DNA of 64,000 bases. Origin: Phyllobates terribilis. Its lineage: Eukaryota. Made by a program: the position numbers and the translations under genes. Location: NCBI RefSeq assembly GCF_046119375.1, contig NW_027362767.1:292950001-293014000 (forward strand), given 5' to 3'. The notes beneath the pieces were generated by a model, which searched no databases, was not told the origin of the DNA, and saw only the letters and a program-made list of their open reading frames with translations. Shown here piece after piece: positions 53,979-64,000 of this stretch; within the stretch, counting starts at the first letter, position 1, and each line of letters starts with the position of its first letter.

Positions 53979-54804
53979 TATGTGCCCTCATTAATCACCG
54001 CACGTGTCAAACAGCGGTTTGCAATTTGGCCTGAGGACCTTAGATGACGCTTATCGTGTCATGGTGGGCGGGGCGGCCCGCGGCGTCTGCATCACGTGAC
54101 TCCCACGTGACGGTCAGCTGACCACCGCGCAGGTCCTCACAATGAGATGCCGAGAGTCGGGGGACGCGCAGCCAGCATGACGCGCAGCAAGCATGACGCG
54201 CAAGCGTACTCTGTCTCCGGGGCAACTATGCAGGAGCCAATCAGGTACATTACCTTAGTTAAATCTTATCCTCGCAGTGCCTATCCACCTAAGGACAAGC
54301 TTACCCTATCCACACACAGATAGATAATCGCTAAGTAAATCTTAAAAAGAAATCGCTATAAGGGAAGATCTACTACTACATACATATAATGTGACAAGGA
54401 AATGCAGTATCATTTAGAGCATTAGAGACATTATAAATCAATGTACATTAGACACGCACAACAGCAATAATTGTCAAAACAGATGGCTAATGTCACATAT
54501 GTCAGCAATCACAGATTCGTCATAAAGCGATTTTCGTTTTTTACGAAAAGATATACAACAATTCTTCTTAGCCTTGATAGATGATTTCAGATATACGTAT
54601 CTTCATAATTAGAAGTATGGTATATACGAAGACAGCTCCTGCCTTATATACATGAGATGGTGGAGCAATGTCGGCATCTAAAATAGGTCAAAACCAGACA
54701 TATCGATAAACGTGCGAACATCTAGGATTAATTGAAATAGCATGAATAAAAACTTTTAAAAACATAAAATAACTAAAAAATGCACATGAATTTGCAGCAG
54801 GTGA

Positions 54805-55305
54805 TCACAAAAATGGGACAAAACTCAGGTTTTCATTAAGCCCCTTGGGATGGACAGTATCCAAAGTCCAGATCCAGCGGGCTTCTAATTGCGCCAAACG
54901 TTGGCTCATCTTTCCACCTCTGATGGTATTGCCAAGTTGGTCAATACCTCTCACTCTAAGTAATGTACTGTCACAGTCATGGTATAATTTAAAGTGACGG
55001 GGTATGGTCCTGAGCGTGGATACATCCGAATGACCAGCTGCCGCCTGAATGCCTAAAACGTGCTCTCGGATCCTCACTTTAAGCTGTCGAGAAGTAAGGC
55101 CCACATAAATAAGTCAAGGACATGTAGCAAAATAAATAATATATCTGGATGTACAATTAATGGATTTACGGATGTCATACAGCTTTGATCCTGAAGAATC
55201 ATAAAATTGGGTAGCACTTTCGACATTTGGGCAGGCAATGCAGTGGCCACACGGCCTGCATCCAGGCGCAGGACCAACCCCATCAATGAACGCCTTTTCT
55301 TGCAC
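54805..55305 (-). pseudogene. GIY-YIG endonuclease domain of the Penelope ORF (one in-frame stop)
   Basis: ORFs 55114-55305 and 54805-55104 are the same frame separated by TGA. Confidence 0.85.
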
Positions 55306-55828
55306 AGGTTGGTAATGGCTATGTATTAGAATTGAATGGATTCACTGTAAAACCACATTCTGTTGCAGACATTATCGTTCCTGCAGTTCTAGGTATCACC
55401 TTGCTGTAGGAATCATTATGAGCCAATACCAATCATATAGTCATGATCCGATTTGGGGGAGCTAAAATGTATTTGAGGAGCACTTATTGCTGTAAGCGAT
55501 CAATAACTTTTTACTTATGTATAAATAGGGATCATAAGATAGGGTTCACCACAAGGACTGTAATAACTTTTTGTCAATGCCATCAAGTCAAAATCACCAG
55601 AAGTGAACGGTATAGTAGACTGCAAGCTGATTGAAGCTGAAAGAGCTTAGGGGAAAACCAACAATTAGTGAAGGTCTCAGTACGTAGAGTGCAATGATAA
55701 AAATATTCTCAATTTTAAAAGTTAGTTAAAGCAAAAATGATAGTTGAGGAGTTAATTAATTGGAAAGTTTCCATTTGTGTAAAATGGAGGGTTTATTTAC
55801 TTCACAATCTCAAGGAATAATTGTGCAG

Positions 55829-56630
55829 TGTGAAGACCTGGGGTCTTCCGTGGGCATAACGCTACTCAGACAATGCAGGGTGAGGGTAAAACAGCGTGGC
55901 AATACTTTACTGAACCACAAAGAGGACTAAATACAATAAACATACAGAACAGTTCCAGCAAATACCCAAGATGGTACAACATTACACAGTCTCACCCTTC
56001 CTTCTCCTCTCGCCTGGGATAGAACAGCTGCGACTTTGGAGACTTCCAGGGCCGACTACCTCAACCAGTGGCCCCCCGCTTCTGGCGGGCCCTCACAGAG
56101 AGAAGGTAGCGGCAAGCTTAGGAAGCAAGCAGTCCATTCAAGTACAAGGCCTGGAGACCCGAGGGTCCTGCCCTGGCCTCTCTGAGAGTTTCCATGGGCC
56201 CAGATGAGCAGCAGGTCCCAATCTGGCTTCTCCGAATGTCTCCGTGGGTTGCAGGCAACAGATGTGTCCCTCCTGGCAACCCCAAACAACATATCCATGG
56301 GGCCGGGTGACTTCTTCGTTCCAACCTGGTCTCCCCAAAATGTATCTATGTCTCTCTGATGGTCAATGGAGCAGATCCGAATCTTTCCAGTCACTGCCAG
56401 TATCCTTAGGCTAAAATCATGTAGAATACAAATCTGCATCTCTTTGGGTAATGCCATGCAATCCATCTGCTGTCCTGAAGGATGTCTCTCATTCTCCTTG
56501 TAAAGTCTTTCTGATGGTCCTTGAATCTGATTGCAGCACTACAGACATCCCTGTTTAAAGTCTCTCTGCTACAGAAGCACATGTCCTTTTTAAGTACACA
56601 TCCACAGGTCAAGGGTCATTAGTCACATGT
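55829..56630 (-). mobile_element. Probable solo LTR, right boundary uncertain
   Basis: TGT start and reverse AGTAAA signal arranged like the other LTRs; no TSD confirmed. Confidence 0.4.
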
Positions 56631-57474
56631 CAAAGGTAAAGGTGCAGGGCTCACCTATCATTGTTTGAGCTAATCTATTTACATAGTTTGTATCACAGGG
56701 GCTATTGTAAATAAACCTCTAGCTGGCTTTTAGCACAATTTGTCATTAGCATAGTAAACATGATTGTTTCCAAAGGAATAGAATTCAACATTCAGGGTTA
56801 TACAAATACTGGTCTGTTCTTATTGACCAGACACAAATACACAAAGATAATAGAGTATTTCTCTTGGCTGAACAAATCTAAATGTCTGGCTTATTAAGAT
56901 TTTAGGCTGTATCGTCACATTCAGCTAGACTATGAATTCCACATGAGCCTGTGAATTCAGTACCTTTGTGCTTGTAGTTATATTTGTACGTTATCATTTG
57001 TATGCCGAACTTTTATTGTCCTCCGATGCTCATCCCTGGCCAATTGTTTCACCATATAATCTTACAGTTTTTTTATTGTCATTTAAAGGGAGCCTATCAC
57101 ACCCAAAATGCATGCTAAACAAGCTGTACAGTGATATAGGGAACATAGCCCCAATAAAAATTACACTAGCACTGAACATTTTAACGGTACAGTGCCTGAA
57201 AAAATTACTGTTCATTCAAATGCAAAAATTATTATTATTATTTATATAGTACCATTGATTCCATGGCGCTGTACATGAGAAGGGGTTACATACAAAATAC
57301 ATATATAATTTACATTAATGAACTAACAATGATAGACTGGTACAGAGGGAAGAGGACCCTGCCAAATCCAACTGGCATGGATTTATATTGTGTGACCAAC
57401 TTATGAGGAGAGATCTGCTTTCAAATGGTGCATCTATACTAAAAAAAAGAATGAAAAAGTAAAAAGAAAAAAAA

Positions 57475-58018
57475 AACGTTATACTCACCTCTCCGGCGGC
57501 CCCTGGTCTCCTCCCGGCGGCGATCCTCTCTCCTCGGCGGCCTGCGGTGTACTGGCTGGACCTGCGGTGACGTCAATTAATCAGCTGATGGTCACGCGAC
57601 CATCACCAGACCGTTGCGGAGGAAACCGGGGGCCGCCAGAGAGGTGAGTATGAATATTTTTTTTTAGTTTTTACTTTATAACTTGCCGGTACGATTGTAC
57701 CTGGGTCGGATGAGAGTCTCATCTTCTCCCCTGCAATCCGCGCATTGAGCCGCATAAAATCCGCATGTATAAATCTATACATGCGGATTTTATGCGGTTC
57801 AATGCAAGTCAATGGGCGCGATTTCGCCGCGAAATTGGTTGTGCTGCGGATTTTTCCGCAATGATAATCCGCAGCGGAAATTTCCGTTACATGTGCACAG
57901 CACATGCGGATTATCATTGGGAAACATGGCAGACATCTTAACCAGCGATTTTACTGCGTTTCCGCGGCAGAAATGACGCTGTGGAAACGCATTAAATCCG
58001 CATCGTGGGCACACAGCC
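57475..58018. mobile_element. Truncated Harbinger MITE of the 14580-15407 family
   Basis: Right TIR CGTGGGCACACAGCC-TAA and shared TATACTCACC internal block. Confidence 0.6.
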
Positions 58019-58511
58019 TAAGTATCAAATCTACTTGGGACACCCAGAGTTAAGAGTTATATAATTCCTTGAAAACTAAAGAATTATAAATTCAGTTGCT
58101 AATCCTTGTATTTTCACTGCTCAGTCTCAGGCACCACATGTCCTTCCTAAAGCTGGCCATACAATAGCTAACAGATGAACGCTTGCTTGTCAAATAGCTA
58201 TTCCTTCTGGCTACTCACAAACTTTCCAACATGATCATCTTTCCGCAAAGAGTTGTATAGTTCCAAACACAATATATTTCTGATCCCATAAAAGTAGGTG
58301 GATTCTTCCAAAATGAATCTAATGTGTATCACCATCCTAAATCTTAAAGTTTGAACAAACAGATTAAACATTATATTTAAAGGGTTATCCAATAAATATT
58401 TTTTTTAATTCCATAGGCTGGCAGAGGTTACCTTCTTATATATTGTCCATAGACTTAAAATGTCCGGGCGATCTGCATTCTACTCTGCAGTTCTTACCTT
58501 TTACTATTTAA

Positions 58512-59067
58512 AGGGGAGTTCTTAACAGGATTTTCCCCCCAACAAAAGTTCATTTTAATCAATAGATCTAAGAATAATTATAAGTTCCAAAATTGGATGT
58601 GTTTAAATAAAATGTTCCTGTGCTGAGATAATCAGATAAATGTGCCCCTGCTGTGTACTGTGTAATGGCTGTGTCTGACCGTACAGGAACATGGTCTGAT
58701 CATACCACATCTCCTGGGTAGGGGGTGAGAAAAACAGCATGGGATCGTAAATGATTCTTTTTTTGAAGTAAAATATTGTTTAATAACAGTCAGTGAAATG
58801 TTTTGCCTCACAAAAAGAATCCTCTACGATCTTGTGCTGTCCTGCTTGTATACTCTCTTTTGCATCCCCTCCTGCCCAGGAGCTGTGGTATGATCAGACC
58901 ATGCTCCTGCTCGGTCAGACACAGCCATTACACAGTACACAGCAGGGGCACATTTATAAGATTATCTCAGCACAGGAACATTTTATTTAAACACATCCAA
59001 TTATGGAACTTATTATTATTCCAACATCTATTAATTAAAATCAACTTTTGTTGGTGGGAAAACCCCT
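58512..59067. mobile_element. Palindromic Kolobok/T2-type MITE
   Basis: AGGGG...CCCCT termini, TTAA both sides. Confidence 0.75.
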
Positions 59068-60424
59068 TTAAGTTTGAGAGTTATCATTTATCCAAAGAAT
59101 AGGGGATAACTTTCTGATTGCTGGGGGTCTGACCACTGTGGCCCCCAGTAATCCCTAGAACCAGCCCCAGCTGAATGGAGCAGAGATCACTCATGAGGAC
59201 TGCCTCTCCATTCATTCTAAGGCTATGTTCACACACATTGTGTTTGCTGCGTATTTTGCATCAGATTTTTATGTACGTTTTCAGCTGCGTTTTGCAGTAC
59301 CAGCAAACTAGAATTCTCTGTTCACACATGTTGCTTTTTGTTTGCTGCGTATTTTCTGCCTTGCTTGTGTGACACCCCAGGGGTCTGGTTGCCACAGTAA
59401 CAGAGATATTATGTCTGAGAGCAAGTGGGAGGTTTCTCTGGTCAGGAGCCCTAAGCATGCAACACGGCCCACCCAGACCTGGGAGGGGAGGAATCTGCCC
59501 TTATAAACTGGGTCTGGGGCAGGATTAGGAAAGACAGAGACAGAGCCTGCAGAACAAGCAGAGCAGTCAGAGCCTGGAGAGGGAAAGTGAGAACAGGAGC
59601 TCTGTAGGAGCAGCAGCTGAAGGCCAGGGGCTGTGAGCAGAGATATAGCTCGCCCTGGCTGAAGTTACTAAAACCGGACACAGGAGTCCGAGGCTGTGGG
59701 GACTGATATATACCCAGCAGCAGAAACCAGCCGGCAGGGGATTCCAGGTCCTCTGGCCATAGAAGCCCGGAGGCTCAGTCACAAAGAAGGGACCAGCGCC
59801 GCCATCCAGGAGCGGAGGCTAACAGAAGGCCCCAAGTCACCAGCCATACGGGTGAGCACCACACGGTATACTCAGGGACGTGGGCTACTTGTAACCGCTG
59901 ACAGCAAGGTAGCCAGGAAGACTGCAGATAAACGGGGAGGCCTACAACTCCACCTGGCCAGGGGAACTCATGCTTGCTCGCAGACTGACCAGGCCCCTTA
60001 TACTAGCCAGTACTTCCGGGAGGGTCTGCCTTGTACCATCAGTAAAGACCCTGAACTGCACCTCACGTCTCTGTGATTCCTTGCCGCACCAGCACCATTA
60101 GCACTGGGACCCTCACACCATCACTCCCATCATCTCTCACATTAGCTGCCCTGAGGCAATACTTCTCCCGTGGGGAGTTATCCCATACTCGGCTGCGCAA
60201 ACAACATCAGCCTCAGTGGTCGGCAGCGCAGCGGCGGTCCCCACTGAAAGCAATCCACGGGTGGCGTAGTCGGACATTTGCTATACATTAAGACTGCCAC
60301 TGGTTTGACCACCCTGGGCACGGACCGGGTCACCGCCACACGGAGACTACAACCCCCAGCATTCTACAACAGGCCCGGTTCCGGGTTCCCCTGCACAACA
60401 CAGGCCCAGGGGGCGCGTCAACTT

Positions 60425-60443
60425 TGGCGTAGTCGGCAGGATT
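60425..60443 (+). promoter_or_regulatory. Primer-binding site complementary to tRNA-Ser 3' end
   Basis: TGGCGTAGTCGGCAGGATT, 4 nt after the LTR end. Confidence 0.9.
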
Positions 60444-60883
60444 TCGTGCCCGCAACCACCGGGTACTGCGTGCCTGAAAAAGAGACTTTTATACTTACCT
60501 GTGGTGAAGTTTCCCGCCGTCTGGAGTCGTTTCCCGCTATCCGGAGCCGATTTCCGCCATCAGACGCCATCTTGGACCATTTCCCGCCGTCTTCTGCCTT
60601 CTTCCCGCCATCCGCAGCTGCTTCCCACCTTCGGACGCCATCTTCGGGACGCCGCACGGGAAGAAGAGGGGCGTGGACGCCGAAAGCGCGCGAGATCCGA
60701 AGCTCCGCCCCACGCTCCGCCCCACGCTCTAACGCTGCGCAAGGTCCTGGAAGGGAGGAAGAGCGACGCTGACGTCATCGGAGCGCGACGCCAGGTCCTC
60801 AACCCCGACGATCGACTGCGGAGCCGCGGCCTACGGAAGAAGAGCATCGCAAGGTAGGCCACGGTCCACTAGGGGGGAGGAGG

Positions 60884-61867
60884 ATGCCGGATACCGAGGG
60901 GAGCTCCACTGCCACAGCCACCGCCAGCGCAACCGCTGCAGCAGTCATGCCATTCACCATGCCCTATATCCCGGGGGCAACCTGGCTACCCCAGTACTCA
61001 GGGGAGTCACATACTCTAAATGACTTTAGAGAAAGACTGGATAGCCTCTTCCAGGTGTACCCCCTCACAGAAGAGCAAAAAGTGAGCATCCTGGTGGCCC
61101 AATTAATCGGGGCAGCCCAAAGGGAGGTAAAGTCCTGGCCACCTGGGAGGAAGAGGACTGTCAGAGAAATACTAGCCCGGCTGAAAGATACATTTGATAC
61201 CCGCACCTCAGCCGAAATAAAGCTCAGATTTTACGGGTGTAAACAGCGGGCACATGAGAGTATAGGAGACTATGCTCTAAACCTATAAGAGGCCCTGAGA
61301 GCCATTAAGCAGGCAGACCCTGACAGCGTGGGAAATGAAGATAAGCTGTTGACTGAACAATTTATTGAGGGTCTACTGTGCAATGCCCACCGAACCCAGT
61401 TGCGGGCAATGGCCTTACAGGACCCTGACCTGGACTTTGCACAGTTCAAGGACAGAGCCATCCGGGTGCTCCGAGAACCGGCACCAGGTGGCGCTGTGAC
61501 CCACAGGCGCCCTGCTATCACTTACCACCAGGAGACGGCGCCCTTGTCTGCAGGGCCTGTGGGAGCTGATGCGCAGGCTTTAAACAGTGACCCGGCTACA
61601 GACCTGCACCATCAGGTCCAAGAGCTGACTAAGAGCGTTGCCGCGCTAACCAGAACTGTGCAGTCTTTACAGGTCTCTTCTCCAGGAAAGATACAGCTGG
61701 CATCCGGACCGGAGGACGTCCCGTGGCGCCGACTGAGGAGGACCCCACCGGCCAGAGGAAGACCCAGCGACAGATACAACGAGGACGGACGACCCATCTG
61801 CCGCCGCTGCAATCAACCCGGACATGTGGCAAGGTACTGTCATTTAAACGGGCACAACCTGGGGTAG
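60884..61867 (+). pseudogene. Gypsy gag (PNMA-like capsid plus CCHC knuckle) with one premature stop
   Basis: Single frame; TAA at 61286-61288; CRRCNQPGHVARYC. Confidence 0.9.
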
Positions 61868-61901
61868 AGGGCCAACCCCCAGGCATAAGACCATCAGGCC
61901 C
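61843..61901 (+). promoter_or_regulatory. Programmed -1 ribosomal frameshift signal
   Basis: T TTA AAC in gag phase; pol is in the -1 frame; downstream stem CCTGGGG/CCCCAGG. Confidence 0.8.
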
Positions 61902-64000
61902 ATCAAACTGGCGTGATAAATACATAGGGGGATGTCCAATCTTGCCTGTGGTACTGGATGGCATTCCTATGAGTGCCCTACTAGACACTGGGTCACAGGT
62001 GACCACCATCCCGTACGTGCTCTTTAAACAGTACTGGAATGACTCGGACATAACCCGCTACCCAGATGACGACCTGAGTATCATCGCCAGCAATGGTCAG
62101 CCCGTGCCGCAGGTGGGATTCAAAGAGGTGACCATTAAGATCGGTAAAGTCGAACTGGCGGCACAAGGACTGATTATAGTGGACATAGACCGTCATGAGA
62201 GTCACCCTAGAATAACCTTGGGAACTAATGTGATTGAAAATTGTCTTGCAGAGGTGATTCTCATTTTACAGCAGGTTGCCAAGAACGCCAGTTCCGGCCA
62301 GCAGCGTGTGCTCCAAAAAGAGATCCGGGCACTGATGAAGCGGCAACAGGTGGAACTATCTGGTGGTGAGATAGGTAGCGTGAGAATGTGTGACCCGTTC
62401 CCTATTGCCATGCCCCCAAAAAGTGAGATGATGATTTGGTGCCGGGCAGCTATTGGTCTAAGAGGTAGAGACTACCAAGCAATGGTAGAACCCGTCTACT
62501 CAGACAGTAGGCCCACCATTTTGACAGCACGGGGGGTGGTCGATGTACACCATGGGAGGGTGCCCGTTCGCATCATAAATATCGGGGAGAGAGAAGTACA
62601 CCTGCCCCGGTATGCCACGCTAGCCAAATTGTTCACCATAAACCAGAATTCTGTACAGGCCGTGGAACCCTTGCCTCCATCTCAACCAGAGGAAGGTAAC
62701 GGCTCTAAGAAACCAATGGAGGACTGGTGTCAGCAACTGCATTTGGGTACTGACTCCACTCCCTCACACCAGAAACAGGGAGTCTATCGGGTGGTTCAAG
62801 AGTACGAGAGAGTGTGTAGTAAACACCCGCTGGACTTCGGGCGAGTAACGGGGGTAGAACATCACATCCCCACGGGAGACCATCCTCCCATAAAGGAGAG
62901 ATACCAACCCGTACCCCCTGCACACTACCAACACGCCAAGGGGATGCTAAAAGACATGAAGGAGGCTGGGGTAATTAGGGACAGCTGTAGCCCCTGGGCA
63001 GCTCCACTAGTCTTAGTGAAAAAGAAAGACAACACCATGAGGATGTGTGTAGACTACAGGAAGGTCAACCGTATCACACACAAAGATGCGTACCCGTTAC
63101 CAAGGATAGAAGAGTCCTTAGCTGCATTAAAATCTGCTAACTTCTTCTCTACTTTGGATCTCACTAGCGGGTACTGGCAGGTTCCTGTAGCAGAGGCAGA
63201 CCGGGAGAAGACCGCATTCACCACCCCGATGGGTCTCAGCGAATTTAACTGTATGCTCTGCAACGCACCAGGAACCTTCCAACGGTTGATGGAATGCTGT
63301 CTGGGACACCGGAACTTTGAGACGGTCCTGTTATACCTGGACGATGTCATCGTCTATTCCAAGACCTACGAGGATCACCTGAAACACCTGGCAGAAGTGT
63401 TCGAAGCTCTGGCAAACTACGGCCTAAAGGTGAAACCCTCCAAGTGTCACCTCCTGAAACCAAAGGTGCAATACCTGGGACACGTGGTGAGTGCTGACGG
63501 AGTGGCTCCTGACCCTGATAAGATCACCGTGATTAAGGACTGGCCAAGACCCTCCAGCATAAAGGAAGTGCGGCAGTTCCTCGGGTTGGTAGGCTACTAC
63601 CGAAGATTCATTCCCAGTTTCACCAAAATGGCAGCCCCTATGCAGGACCTCCTGATTGGTCAATCTCGGAAAGCCAAAAACCAGAAGCCGCCCTTTAGGT
63701 GGGAAAAGCTGGAAGAGGAGTCCTTCTGCCAGCTGAAGATGGCCCTCACGGGGGATGAAATCCTGGCATATCCAGACTACAGCCAGCCCTTTATCCTCCA
63801 CACGGACGCAAGCAACATCGGGCTAGGAGCCGTACTGTCCCAGATCCAGCAAGGGAAAGAACGGGTGATCGCTTACGCCAGCCGAAAGCTACGGCCCACG
63901 GAGAGGAACCCTGAGAATTATAGCTCATTCAAGCTGGAGTTCCTGGCAGTAGTGTGGGCAGTGACCGAACGTTTCAAGCATTACCTTGCCTCCTCCAAAT
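61849..64000 (+). CDS. Gypsy pol (protease, dUTPase-like spacer, reverse transcriptase, RNase H start), open to window end
   Basis: No stop found by manual translation; LLDTGSQ, MRMCVDYRK, YLDDV, FILHTDAS. Confidence 0.93.

Larger units (their letters stand above)
51880..55310 (-). mobile_element. 5'-truncated Penelope-like retroelement (GIY-YIG endonuclease remnant plus terminal repeat), interrupted by Tc1 copy 3
   Basis: Minus frame 55305-54805: CRPCGHCIAC...INC...IIYFATCP*LIYVGLTSRQLKVRIREH...WIWTLDTVHPKGLN; downstream TATA, hammerhead motif and AATAAA (51946-51941). Confidence 0.85.
59368..64000 (+). mobile_element. Ty3/Gypsy LTR retrotransposon (runs off window end), inserted in a Harbinger MITE
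   Basis: 5' LTR 59368-60420 (TG...CA, TTATAAA 59501, AGTAAA 60041), PBS, gag, pol. Confidence 0.97.

Noticed and set aside
60425-60443. tRNA gene (also 3521-3540)
   Set aside because: Only the ~19-nt complement of a tRNA 3' end next to an LTR: primer-binding site

Overview
Vertebrate genomic DNA, most likely an anuran amphibian (inferred from the repeat landscape: TTAA-flanked Kolobok/T2-type MITEs, Harbinger MITEs, IR/DR Tc1 elements, Penelope fragments). Three intact spliced genes lie in tandem on the + strand and were reconstructed exon by exon with consistent phases: an SLC25A15-like mitochondrial ornithine carrier (6 coding exons, 307 aa), ITGB1BP2/melusin (11 exons, 361 aa) and a divergent RAB32/38-subfamily GTPase (3 exons, 210 aa). 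The block looks like a retained paralogue of the human 11q14 CHORDC1-RAB38 region. Introns and intergenic DNA are packed with nested transposons. These include three independently decayed copies of one Tc1 family, a second Tc1 with one nonsense codon in an otherwise full 340-aa transposase, solo LTRs, a SCAN-gag Gypsy deletion derivative and Penelope-like retroelement pieces carrying minimal hammerhead-ribozyme motifs. A Gypsy element runs off the right edge, with a tRNA-Ser PBS, a UUUAAAC frameshift site plus predicted pseudoknot, and a degenerate dUTPase-like domain between protease and RT. There is one 141-nt N gap (26043-26183). All assignments come from reading the sequence and recalled family motifs; no database search was run.
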